Assembly: GCF_001194135.2 (NCBI RefSeq)
Contig: NC_069000.1
Coordinates: 29,270,483-29,334,482, forward strand
Reading direction: 5' to 3'
DNA from: Octopus bimaculoides
Lineage: Eukaryota
DNA: 64,000 nucleotides
Of the stretch, positions 23,390 to 36,118 are shown one piece after another. The position numbers and the translations under genes were made by a program. Positions within the stretch are counted from its first letter, which is position 1; each line of letters begins with the position of its first letter. A model generated the notes under the pieces. It ran no database searches. It worked only from the letters and a program-made list of their open reading frames with translations, and was not told where the DNA came from.

Positions 23390-24345
23390 ATTTCAGGAGT
23401 GGAAGCAAGGCTTGGAATCAAAATCCAAAGTCTTAGTAGGAAAGCTGACAAATCATAAATCTCTTCTGGTAGATTACCCTACTTGATATGTTGAAAAGGC
23501 ATAGGTAAAAACTCCATAAGGTGTACCCAGTGCAAGCTAAGGGCATATAAGAGAAGCAGCAATATCAGAGGAAGGTTAACATAGAAAATTGTTTTTGTAT
23601 GTGCATGGCAGATGCACAGGTATAGTAAAAATTAGAAATATATAGAAAAGAAACTCTATCAAATACCAGTGAGGATACCAAAAAGTAGTTAATAGCTTTC
23701 ATTACCTAGGTGACCAAGTCAGCAATTGAGAGGATTCTCTGAGAGTGTAGCTGCTAGAATAAGAATGGGCTGGGCAAAGTTCAGAGAGCTTCTATCCTTG
23801 TTGGTAACAAAGGGTCTCTCCTTGAGAGTGAAAGGCAGATTGTATGATGTGTGTGAACAGCCATGCTACACAGCAGTGAAACAGAGCCTGTGATGGCAGA
23901 GGATATGTGAAGGTTTAAAAGAAATGAATTTAGTATTCTCTGCTAGATGTGCAATGTCAGTGTGCATGTATAACTGAGTGTAAGCATCTTGAGAGAAAAA
24001 CTGAGCATAAGAGGCATCAGATGTAATGTGCAAGATAGACATCTGTGCTGGTATGGTCATATGATGCATATGGATGAGGACAGCTGTGTAAAGAAGTGCT
24101 GATCTCTAACTTATGGAAGAGGTAGGCCAAGGAAGACATGGGACAAGGTGGGGTCTCATGGAAGCAATGACAAGTGATTATGACCTTTGGTGATTTGCTG
24201 TGCTTGAGAAGACTCGTCAAGCCAAGTGAAATTGTAGTTGTGGCCAATGCTGGTGACATGTAACAGCTACTGTAAGAGGCACCCATGCCAGCCAATGACA
24301 CGTAAGAAGAACCCATGCTGGTGACATGTAGAAGGTACCCATTAC
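23390..24345 (+). mobile_element. Decayed RTE LINE 3' portion
   Basis: ARIRMGWAKFRELL and RHLCWYGHMMHMDED motifs, plus a 3' minisatellite-like UTR. Confidence 0.85.
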
Positions 24346-24849
24346 ACTTCCTGTTTCCCAGGAAATCAGACACAACTGCAGCAAAAGCATTCTATGTGTC
24401 TTTTTTAACACCAGACATGGTCTCCAAAAACCTGCTCGTCCTACAAAAGCCACCTAATTTGTGGAATGCCAGCCACACCAACCTTAATTTTCTCACATGA
24501 CAAAGCTGGAAACTTTCTGCTTAAGTACTTGAAACAGTTGTCTCAGTGTTTTATCACATATTTTACACACTATATGAAGTGCCTAGGCTTTATCTTGATC
24601 ACCCGGTATCAACCAATTCTTCAATGCAAAACATGAAGGTTGTGTTGTCAGAGCTACAGCATGTGCTATTACTCATGAGAGAATGAAAGCTATTTGATGG
24701 GTCTGAATAGCAGAGATGCAATGTGGCAACTAATCCTCAATTCAGTCTTTGACAGAACAGGAGGAAGCTGGACTACTTGATGCCAAGCAGATGTGTGTGT
24801 AGATTTTCAGTGGCACTTTGTCTGTTGGCAGGTTGTTGATGGAGATGGA

Positions 24850-26150
24850 CTTTACTCTCTACCTTGACAACCTGCTGTGGCTCTTGGCAAGAGATGTGAC
24901 ATTCTGTAAAAGGCCATTAACAGCTAATGAATTACATGAAGTGATGGCTGACTGCATCACTTCAAATTGATGGACAAATTCTATGAATTTTATCTTCATA
25001 TGTCAGACTTACTTGTTCAGGGGCCTCTTGGCAGACGTCTACTGCAACTGGTAGAATGACAGGAAAATCCCTGGTCTTATGAAAAGAGATGCGGTGCTGC
25101 TGTTGAGAAAGGGCCCAAACAATGGAGGATGATTTTAACAAGTTCAGGCTTGTAACTCTGCTAAATGCAGAATTGAAGATTTGGGCCAAAGTGTAAGCTA
25201 AGAGGTTGGTGCCTGTCATTGATAATCTAGTTGGTAAGGAACAAACATGCACCACCACAAACAGATAGGGCCTGGATCGATTTAGATCAGTTGGAAGCTT
25301 TTGATAGAATTGACCATCAATACTTGACATCTCTCCTCATGGTGGTCGGTTCTGGTCCCATCTTCAGAGGTTAGATTGCTGCAATGTACAGCAACATCTG
25401 CTCAGTGGTTAGAGTAAATGGCAGTATATCAGAATCAATCAGCATCATGTGCTTGATCTGTCAAGATTGCTCCCTCTTACCTCTTCTGTGTGTGCTGGAG
25501 GTAGTGCCACTACTGCAGAAGTTAGAGGTTTTGAAGAGCATCTTGCATAAACTACAATATGGAAGAGCTGTATCGGTCTATCTGGATGACACCAAGGTAA
25601 TTGACATCACTCTAAAGGAGTATGGAGTGGTGACAGGAGAAAAAATTAACCAGGAAAAGTCAGAGGGCCTGCAACTCAGCATCTGGAGAAGTAGAGCCAT
25701 GTCTCTCAACAGCTTTGTTGGGTGCTGGATTGACAGACTGGTTAAATTGCTTTGGGTCTGGTTTAGTCCTAATTTTCAGGTGGATAACAACTGGGGTGAT
25801 ATTACAAAAAGGTTAGCCAATCTTACTCAGAAATGGATCAAGAGGAAGCGCATCTCCTGTTCAGACAGTTCATTTACTGTCAACATCTGCTGTATGGAGG
25901 TTTGGGCATGCTGTTGCTTATTATGTGCAGACATGCATTAAGGCTGCAACATCTCCAGTACTTCCTTGATGGTAAACAGGTGTGTTCGCCATGTCAGATT
26001 CACTTTTCCACAACTCATCTCTCTGACTGAACTACAGTCTGGATCAAGCATAGCCTGAAGCAGGGTATCTAGTGTCATCATGTGCTCATACCTCTCATCC
26101 AATGCAGTATCTTGTTGCTTAGAATAAACATTTGTCAATTCCCTGAATAA
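24850..26150 (+). mobile_element. L1/Tx1-like LINE RT fragment
   Basis: EAFDRIDHQYL, MYSNICSVVRVNG and GEKINQEKSEGLQL motifs. Confidence 0.7.
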
Positions 26151-26169
26151 AAACCCTGAACCAGGGACC

Positions 26170-27270
26170 AGGTCAGCTACCTTCAAGCTTCTCATCTAAA
26201 CCAACTCCTTGTAATCTACCAACCTGTTGGTAATGTCCGCATGTACCTCTGTGTTACTGAATTCTTCTTCCACTTCTTGAAGCCAGGGCAACCACTTGTG
26301 TTTAACTTCCTCTGATCAGGTCTTGCTCCAAAATGATGTTGCTTCTGTAGGATCAGGTAACTCTGCTTCTTCCCTATTTCCTCCATCAAGAGTCTTATAG
26401 AACAGTTCCTGATTTGTTATGAACAGTTGACTTTGTTTGAACTGTAGGTACCCTTTCTTCATATATTTTGATCTTAATTTCACCTTGTTTGATCTTTTGC
26501 ATTAACATATGACACAAAGTGTTATTTTCCTCCAGGTGGTATTTCCTATTCATGTTGGTCTGTTCACTTTGGTTGAGGTTCATATTTCCTCTCGTTACTT
26601 CCTTGATCTTGCTTAAATCCTTTTGCCATGTATCAATGCTTCCTTTTTTTCTCCTTCTCCAGAATGGTTCTTTTCTTCTCTTGTTCTTTCATCTTTCTAA
26701 ACATCCTTATCTTCTTTGTGATAACATAAACAAAGGCATACATCAAAGAATTTAACTCTATGATATCCTAATTGGGATTCTCATAACAACTTCATTTGCT
26801 TTCCTGACTTCTGATCTTAACTTTGCTCTATCACATAACTTCAATGATGGCAATCTTTTTTTCTTCAAAGAACATCACTTCCAGAATTCTGTCCTGGAGA
26901 GTAGCTACTTCTGAGGTAATTTCTTTGGGTGACTTTCCAGTCTGAACCATCTTCTATAGCTGGCACATTTCCTCCTTCCATGTCCAAGCTCTGTTGTTTC
27001 TCTTGTTCAACAAGTATTTTTTTCTGAAACCGTACTCACCTGCAGTTCCTTTTGTGCTACCATACCATTGTAATTTCCTCTTGTTCATTCTTTTCTATTC
27101 ACTTCTTGATCTTAATTTGTCTGATCTAATCAGCTAATCATGTTTACTCACATCCTTCAGCTCATCATGCTGGTACTATGTTTTTGTAGAGCCCTTATAA
27201 CCTTTTTTTGTAGCCTCGTTTGTCTGGCTCACTCTTAATATAACATTCAAACAATAATTTGTTGTTCTCT
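26170..27270 (-). mobile_element. Dong/R4-like non-LTR retrotransposon, N-terminal/pre-RT region
   Basis: The minus frame reads QLFITNQELFYKTLDG...PDPTEATSFWSK...WLQEVEEE, typical of the R4/Dong pre-RT region. Confidence 0.6.
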
Positions 27271-27309
27271 TCATTGCTGTGGGTCAGCAGTACCTTGATT
27301 ATTATTATT

Positions 27310-27640
27310 AGATGGAACTTACACCCAAATGTTAAGAGCTATCTTAGACATGTCTTGGAGAACTCATCCCATGAAGAAACAGCTGTATGAAGATCTCCTG
27401 CCTGTTTCCACCATTATAATGGAAAGACACTTGCATTTTTTGGGACAGTGGTGAGCTAAACAAGAGCTGGCAAATAACCTACTGCTATGGAGGCCAAAGC
27501 ATATCCATACTTGAGCAGGTCATCTGAACACAACATATGTAGATCAACTCACCAGAGACACTGGACGCCTCCTTGAAGACTTTCCTCAATTAATGCTGGA
27601 CTGAGACAGACAGCATGCACACGTTAAAAATGTCCAAGCA
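27310..27640 (+). mobile_element. RTE 3' fragment
   Basis: GTYTQMLRAILDMSWRTHP remnant. Confidence 0.55.
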
Positions 27641-28254
27641 AGCTCCATCAGGTTATTATTATTATTATTGTTATTATTTATGTATTTATTTATTGTATTA
27701 ATATAAAATGTTGATTAATGTGAGGTCTAAACAAAATTGAAATTTTATTCTAAGTTTTCAAAAGTGAATTTTGTTTGTTAAACTAATAATAGGTATGGGC
27801 ATCACTGTGTTGTTAGAAGATTCACAACACAACCATGTGGTTTTGTGTTTGGTCCCACTGCTAAACATGTTAGGCAAGAGTTTTTTACTACAGCCCCAGC
27901 ATGACCTGTGAATGAATTTGGTTGAAAGAAACTGTACTTACTGAATACAAAGAGGAAGTGCTCATGACCTTTGTAGGCCAATCTAGAATGGTGTAACTGA
28001 TGCAAGAAAGACATGATCGAGATTTCCAAAAGGTTGAGACTTGCTAGAAATGATGGACTGGAGATAAGGATGTCACCAATGCCAAAGGTGGCATATGTTA
28101 CTCTGGGATAGCACATCAAATGGAATAGTGGACACCAAAAATCTTACAACGTATCTGTGTAGCATACTTCCAGCATTGCACTATATTTGTTTTTGATATT
28201 TAACTTCTGAATTTGTTTAAATAGTTATCAGGGAATATCTTCACTTCTCACCTT

Positions 28255-28610
28255 CCCTCTAAAGGGTAAGGGTAAAGACTCCCTTCGGTCATGAATGACC
28301 ATGGAGTTGCACCTAGAAGGTTACCCTCTGAGGCACAAGTTCAGGCAAGGTTGTTTATGGAAGACCAGCAGTCGCCCATGCATACCAGCCTTCCCTCTCC
28401 ATGCCATTAATGTTATCTAAGGGAAAAGCAAAAGCCAATACAGCTTGGCACCAGTGATGTTGAACCTCAGTCCTACAGATGGCTGAACTGGAGCAATGTG
28501 AAATAAAGTATTTCACATTGTGAAATAAAGAACATTACACACAGCCTGGTCCAAGAATCAAACTCATAACCTCATGATTCTCAGCCTGATGCTCTAACCA
28601 CTGAGCTCCC
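28255..28610 (-). mobile_element. tRNA-derived SINE
   Basis: Minus-strand head agctcagtggttagagcatcaggctgagaatcatgaggttatgagtttgattc with A and B boxes. Confidence 0.65.
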
Positions 28611-29385
28611 TCCTCACTTTGCTCTTCCACTGCCAGTTAGACTTGTCCCAGTTTACTTCCCTTTTGAATAACTGCTATCAGCTTGTAGTAATTCCTATTC
28701 CTACGAATGGTAATGATATTGCTTCATCTCCTTCACCTTATTCACGTTTCTTTGCTGACTCAGTTGTACCTCCCTGTCCAACCACCATCACAGTGGGTTG
28801 TGGTCTTTCCTCATCATCTTGTTGACACCTCTTCCCTAACACTTGAAAAACTGGTCAGATATAGGAAATACTCCATTGTGTTAATATAAATGCTTTGGGT
28901 CAAGATGGAAAAAGAATGGTGCACTCAAGAAAAAAAACTGGAAGTGTATTGTAACCAGTGGTGTATAACAAACATCCAGTAGCATGGTCGATACAGTGAT
29001 ACATATTCATTTGTTAAAAATTAAATACCTTAGAATTGTACAACTGTTTCAATATACAAGTATCTTTTCCATTTGAAAACCAGCTGTATAAATTATGAGG
29101 TATTTAATGCTTAATAAATAAATATATACTCTAAGTTATGTAGGAGTCATTTTTTTCAGTTGTTTTCTCAGTCTTCTAACTTTTGAAAGACACATTGGAC
29201 AGTGTAGTTCAAGATAAAATATGTCTGGGATAAAAAAAAAAAAAAGAGAAAACGAACTGGATGATTACAATTGAAATGTCTTAGTCATTAGTCTGCTACA
29301 TGTGTTTTTAACATGTTCTGGGCTATTGATGCATACTTCATTGTGTAAAAAGTAGAGATATATCTGGTGTGGTAGAATATGGGTA

Positions 29386-30602
29386 TGTAGTGAACACTTC
29401 TATCGCCATTATATACAAACAAACCATCTTCTCTCACTATAGATATTGACAGACGCGAGCGTAGTAGAAAGCAACTCATTCCCTGTCATCACCTGACTGA
29501 CTATTTCTTTGCGCGGGTAAATTATCTCCACNNNNNNNNNNNNNNNNNNNNNNNNNNNNNNNNNNNNNNNNNNNNNNNNNNNNNNNNNNNNNNNNNNNNN
29601 NNNNNNNNNNNNNNNNNNNNNNNNNNNNNNNNNNNNNNNNNNNNNNNNNNNNNNNNNNNNNNNNNNNNNNNNNNNNNNNNNNNNNNNNNNNNNNNNNNNN
29701 NNNNNNNNNNNNNNNNNNNNNNNNNNNNNNNNNNNNNNNNNNNNNNNNNNNNNNNNNNNNNNNNNNNNNNNNNNNNNNNNNNNNNNNNNNNNNNNNNNNN
29801 NNNNNNNNNNNNNNNNNNNNNNNNNNNNNNNNNNNNNNNNNNNNNNNNNNNNNNNNNNNNNNNNNNNNNNNNNNNNNNNNNNNNNNNNNNNNNNNNNNNN
29901 NNNNNNNNNNNNNNNNNNNNNNNNNNNNNNNNNNNNNNNNNNNNNNNNNNNNNNNNNNNNNNNNNNNNNNNNNNNNNNNNNNNNNNNNNNNNNNNNNNNN
30001 NNNNNNNNNNNNNNNNNNNNNNNNNNNNNNNNNNNNNNNNNNNNNNNNNNNNNNNNNNNNNNNNNNNNNNNNNNNNNNNNNNNNNNNNNNNNNNNNNNNN
30101 NNNNNNNNNNNNNNNNNNNNNNNNNNNNNNNNNNNNNNNNNNNNNNNNNNNNNNNNNNNNNNNNNNNNNNNNNNNNNNNNNNNNNNNNNNNNNNNNNNNN
30201 NNNNNNNNNNNNNNNNNNNNNNNNNNNNNNNNNNNNNNNNNNNNNNNNATTGACTCTAATCTAACTCTGTATCTCACGCATTCACATACATGTATTACTC
30301 GCACACACTCTTTTGGTTACATGACGGCCAGTCTTATATTGTGTTTTATTATGTCGCATTCACACTCACACACAGACATACAATTTAATGCTACAATAAA
30401 TCTTACTGTTATTCATCTTCATACGGTTGTGTTCCTATCGTCTTCCTTACTGGCATTTACAAATTCTCTATGTTATCGAAGTATAACATATATATATCAT
30501 TTGATATATTTTGTGTTCGACCGTGTGACGTGTTTAATAAAGGAGCCTGTTTTTCCATTCGTCACCATTTCTCCTTTTGGGTTCGCACGGTCGTTCTTAA
30601 CA
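29386..30602 (+). mobile_element. LTR-like insertion (TG...CA) spanning gap 29532-30248, flanked by 76-bp direct repeats
   Basis: Starts tgtagtg, ends ttaaca, CpG-rich, contains AATAAA. 29308-29383 matches 30597-30672 with one mismatch. Confidence 0.45.
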
Positions 30603-31299
30603 TGTTCTGGGCCATTGATGCATACTTCATTGTGTAAAAAGTAGAGATATATCTGGTGTGGTAGAATATGGGCATCTCTTAAATGTTTCACTGGATGGGT
30701 TGTCTAATTATTGATCTCTTAATCATAGTGGGTATAACTGTACAGTAGTGATTCAGCCCCCAATGAGAGAGCCTCTATAATGGTGATGGATCTGCTACAA
30801 ACAGCAGCCAAGTCTCCTTCAAATCATATCCTACACTCTTAAGTGAAGGACACAATGGATAATGTAGTCTGATATAATCTTGAAAAAATGAGAAGGTCAT
30901 AGTTGGAATGTCTTTCATAACAGATCTGCTCAATCAAGGATGACCTAAACATCAACAGTACTATTGATTGTAGATAAATAAGGAAGCAGACGAGTAAACA
31001 AGGGAGCTTCTTTGTGGTCGCTCAATTTACTAGAAACAGAAGTTTACCCTTAAATTACATTTTAAATAAGGTACATACATTGGACAATGTATGTACCCAG
31101 TCAAAAACATGGAATAGTCATGGCTGGAATGCTTTTGATCATATGCCTGTTTGATCAGGATTGACCTGGGGCTAAACAACAGCAACAGGGGTTCTACAGC
31201 CTCCAGCTGACAGTTATACAGTAGAGAGACTAGATGTAGTCATTCAAGTTGCCAAAAATAACAGCAAAATCTCTCTCAAACCACACTGTACCATCTTAA

Positions 31300-31502
31300 C
31301 CCTTTAGCATTTAAATTGGTCATATCTGGCCAAAATATTGTACATGTTTATGTTCCAACTGGTCAGATCTGGCCTCTCACACCAACCTTACATAATCATT
31401 CTAAAAGTTAACAGTTACCTCATCAAAATAACACAAGATTAATTCAAAACAATGTGAATAAATAAACATTACATTTGACAAAATAACGTGAATGCTAAAG
31501 GG
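31300..31502. mobile_element. piggyBac-type MITE
   Basis: TTAA|CCCTTTAGCATT...AATGCTAAAGGG|taaa. Confidence 0.65.
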
Positions 31503-31625
31503 TAAAGATAAAGGATACATTGAATAATGACATCAGGGGTATATCATGATGGGAATGTCTTTGATTATTACTCAAACAGGGTTGAAATGGGGTAGAACAA
31601 CTGCAACATGTATGTATATAGGTAG

Positions 31626-32534
31626 GAGCAGGCATGGCTGTGTGGTAAAAATCTTGCTTCCCAACCACATGGTTTCAGATTTAGTCCCACTGTGTGGCAC
31701 CTTGGGCAAGTGTCTTCTGTTATAGCCACAGGCCGACCAAAGCCTTGTGGGTGGATTTAGTAGATAGAAACTGAAAGAAGCCTACGGACCGAGACCTTTG
31801 GAAATGGGCTGTGCGTGAGAAGACCCGGCAAGCCAAGTAAGATCGTTGCCAGTGCCCCTGGACTGGTTCTTGTGCGGGTGGCACATGAGATGCACCATTT
31901 TGAGCGTGGCCGTTGCCAGTACCGCCTGACTGGCTCCTGTAGGATTTTCGAGCGAGATCGTTGCCAGTGCCCCTGGACTGGCTTGTGCGGGTGGCACATA
32001 AAAGACACCATTTCGAGCGTGGCCGTTTNNNNNNNNNNCCAAGTAAGATCGTTGCCAGTGCCCCTGGACTGGCTTGTGCGGGTGGCACATAAAAGACACC
32101 ATTTCGAGCGTGGCCGTTTTCGTGCGGGTGACACGTAAAAGCACCCACTACACTCTCTGAGTGGTTGGCGTTAGGAAGGGCATCCAGCTGTAGAAACTCT
32201 GCCAAATCAGACTGGAGCCTGGTGTTGCCATCCGGTTTCACCAGTCCTCAGTCAAATCGTCCAACCCATGCTAGCATGGAAAGCGGACGTTAAACGATGA
32301 TGATGATGATGATGATATTTGTGTGCGTGTGTCTGTGTTTGTCCCCCTGCCATAGCTTGACAACCGATGCTGGTGTGTTTATATCCCTGTAACTTAGCAG
32401 TTTAGCAAAAGAGACTGATAGAATAAGTACTAGGCTTACTAAGAGTAAGTCCTGGGGTTGACTTCATCAACTAAAACCCTTTAAGGTGGTGCTCCAGCAT
32501 GACCACAGTCAAATGACTGAAACATGTAAAAGAA
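31626..32534 (+). mobile_element. CORE-type SINE interrupted by a young 5'-truncated RTE (about 31783-32316)
   Basis: The insert begins with the RTE ORF end (WAVREKTRQAK*), then a GC/CpG-rich tandem UTR and a (gat)n tail. The SINE resumes afterwards. Confidence 0.8.
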
Positions 32535-32643
32535 ATATATGCCCACACTGCCACACCTCCAACTCACACAATGTCATCTCTACCACACTACACTCTATAC
32601 AACATACATATTAGCAACAGAGGCAATATTAATAGCAGGAGCT

Positions 32644-32781
32644 AATATTTATCCCCACTAAAACATGGATATTCTGTTAGAACAAACTGCAGTAGATACC
32701 ATGAGAGAAAATGAGAGTTGTTCTCGTGGTATCTACTGTTTGTTCTAAGAGAACATCCACGTTTAAGTGGGAATAAATATT
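32644..32781. repeat. Imperfect inverted repeat (foldback), arms of about 62 bp
   Basis: aatatttatccccactaaaacatggatattctgttagaacaaac...gtagataccatgaga pairs with tctcgtggtatctac...gtttgttctaagagaacatccacgtttaagtgggaataaatatt. Confidence 0.85.
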
Positions 32782-33249
32782 ATTCTATACATGTTCAAAC
32801 TACACCACACTCTACATATGTTGTCAATACAATTCCATTTCCCATAGGTTCTAGGTAATATTACATGGCAAAGTAGTGCAACATCGTATGACAGACCTCC
32901 ACCACAAAAAAAACCCCCTATATATCTGCAACCACATGCCCTATGTAGATTTTTTCCCCTAGATTTTCAATTGGTCCCCATTACTATCTTGACAAGACTG
33001 TACCTATATGGTTGCTCCAATCTGCTAGAAATAGCAGCCAAATCTCTCCTCAACTTCCACTACCATCACACAAAAAAAAAAAATGGAAAGACATTTGACA
33101 ATGTGGTCGTGGATCAATTAGGTCTGGAAAAAAAGGAAATGATGGAAAGACCTGCAGGTAAACATCAACTGAAGAAGGAAACAAACACCAAGAAATGATA
33201 AATGAAGCGAATATATAGTTTCAAGTGAAATAGTTTAATGTACATAAGA

Positions 33250-33251
33250 GT

Positions 33252-33286
<35 letters not shown>

Positions 33287-33666
33287 NNNNNNNNNNNNNN
33301 NNNNNNNNNNNNNNNNNNNNNNNNNNNNNNNNNNNNNNNNNNNNNNNNNNNNNNNNNNNNNNNNNNNNNNNNNNNNNNNNNNNNNNNNNNNNNNNNNNNN
33401 NNNNNNNNNNNNNNNNNNNNNNNNNNNNNNNNNNNNNNNNNNNNNNNNNNNNNNNNNNNNNNNNNNNNNNNNNNNNNNNNNNNNNNNNNNNNNNNNNNNN
33501 NNNNNNNNNNNNNNNNNNNNNNNNNNNNNNNNNNNNNNNNNNNNNNNNNNNNNNNNNNNNNNATATATATATATATATATAAATATACATACACATACAT
33601 ATACACATATATATACACACATATATATATGCACACACATATATATATACACACACATATATATAT

Positions 33667-33711
<45 letters not shown>

Positions 33712-34227
33712 TACACGCATATATATATATATATATATATATATACATGCATACATACATACATACAATGTTACCAATAACAACATGATCAAAAATTTAG
33801 TTGGCATTATCGGAAGTTAATATGTCAATTTGTTGTTTAGAAATATTCTGTACTGTACCAACAGCCAAAAAAGTCTGACCACAATTTTATAGAATGGTTA
33901 AAATGAGTGCTCAATGACAAAAATCTGTTGACAGTCTTCTGATCTGGTGCTACCTAGGGAAAAAATAAACAGAAGTAAAAGGCAGCTACTAACAACAGGT
34001 CAGAGAAAATTATTGTGGCTATGATATATATGTGTGTGTGTGTGTGTATACATACATACATATATATATATATGTTTACACACACACATGCACACACACG
34101 TTTGTATTGTCTATATATATACACACACACACACATATATATATATATATGTACGTACACACACACATTCATAAATATACAGACATCTATTAAATAGATG
34201 TGTAAAATGTGTTATACATGTATTTAG

Positions 34228-34259
<32 letters not shown>

Positions 34260-34260
34260 G
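33250..34260. repeat. Compound (TA)n/(CA)n/(TG)n microsatellite field with gap
   Basis: Seen directly in the sequence. Confidence 0.9.
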
Positions 34261-36086
34261 TGTGTGCGTGCATGCAAATCAGTGTACACCTATGAATATA
34301 TACATATTTCAATTCATTTGTTTTTACTTAACACACACACATATATATATAATTTTTATTTTCACATTTTTTTACATAAGTCACTCCCCATCTAATGCGC
34401 CTTGTCTTAATCTGTGGAAATATACAATTAAGACATTAATAGACATAAAAATGTCCTTTGTTGTTTAATAAAAATTAAATTTTTTTTTTTGTGTCACTCC
34501 CTCACTCACAGAATTCTCATCCATACATCCAACAAATTCCTCACATCCATCAAAACTTTCATCCAAATTATTTTACAATTTTTCAAAAAAAAAGTTGTTT
34601 TTTTTTTTGTCTTTTGTTGAAATTTTTTTTTCTTAAAACTATGAAATCTAACTCCGTAGAGCAGGTGGGGTTGGGGGGAAATGGTCAAATAGGATATTTA
34701 TTTTATCTTTCAGTAGTTTTATTCAAAAAAGATTTAAATTTTATAAAATATTATTTATATATTAGGCAAAGAGGTTTCAAAAACCCACTGACCTGTACTG
34801 ACTACAAAATATTTTCAACTGCTTATTTCGTTAGCTGAAGGGAAAAATATTGGGAATTGGATTGGTGGATGGGGCAGGGGGGGGGGAAACAGTGGTAAAG
34901 TGGTAAAATGTTATAAATAAACCCAAATATAGGTTTAGGTTAGGTTTTCAGGTTTTTTTTTTTTAATTCAAAAATTTTTTTTCCAACTAATATATCGTTT
35001 TTAGTATATTAGTCAGGAGCATAGCTTAAGTGTTCCTACATATACACACTCAATTACATGCCAAATAGAGTCAATTGTGGTTAAAGTCACATCCCCACAT
35101 ACAGTCACACTCCATTTACAATTACATTAAAAAGAAATATTAAAAAAAAAAAAAATTAGGCGTGACAGTCTCAACAATCAACTATCAATACTATATATGG
35201 ACATGTGTGCGTGTATATAGAAAGGTGGAGAAATATGATCTCTTTCTAAAAGAAACTTTCCACCCTGAAAAAAAAGTAAATGAGTTTTTATTGTTTTGTA
35301 TATTTTTTCTCAAAAAATAGAACAGAAAAGACAGTGAGATAAGCAGTTTGTTGTTGTGGAAACAAAGAAATTTTTTTTTCAAAATAGAATCAAAGAGAAA
35401 TGGTAAATCAAGCAGAACAAAGAAATTCAAAGTTTAAAATAAGTTACTTTTTTTTTTAGTCTTCAATGTGATTGCTGATAATAATTCTTGAATGTTAGCC
35501 AGTGGATTGACATCCCACTTCTTCAGCAGCAGATTCGGTACTTTTTTTTTTTATCTGTGGGGGTTTGGGCCATTATTATACATGTAGTCAGGGAGATGTG
35601 TTCCTGTATGTAACTGATGTGTATAAAGAAGTAAGGAATCTGTCATTGAACAGGTCCAAACTATGGAAGGAAGAGCAATCTGTTGTTATATGGGACTCTG
35701 TTAATGTGGGCAGCAGGACTTGGTACTCCATGAAACCATGTTATGTGGGTAGCAGAGTCTGTCCTTACAGTGCATGTGAGAGGAAGAAGGCTTACTTGCT
35801 GCCTGGGACACTTGTGACAAATTTACTAAGGGAGACGGATCTATATCTGCCTGTACTCCCTTTTAACTGTAGGCTGAAACAGGGTTGATGTCCTCCAAAG
35901 AATGCCTTGATGCCAGGCCAGTGGTTAATGTTATAACTGTTAAATGTGGATGGGGATGGAGAGGAGGTAAATATGTCATCAAAACTTGATGGACCACAGC
36001 AAGCCATCACAGTTGAGACAGATGCTACAGTCAGTTAAATGCTGCCACCAGGAGATAAATCAGTTGTTCTAGCTGCCAGTTTCCAG

Positions 36087-36118
<32 letters not shown>

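Noticed and set aside
28560-28610. tRNA-like sequence
   Set aside because: It is the head of a SINE with a continuing SINE body. No complete cloverleaf.
35450-36070. Possible CR1-type RT remnant on the minus strand (HGFM..KSC); similar weak signal at 27830-28130
   Set aside because: Too decayed to support a family call by eye.
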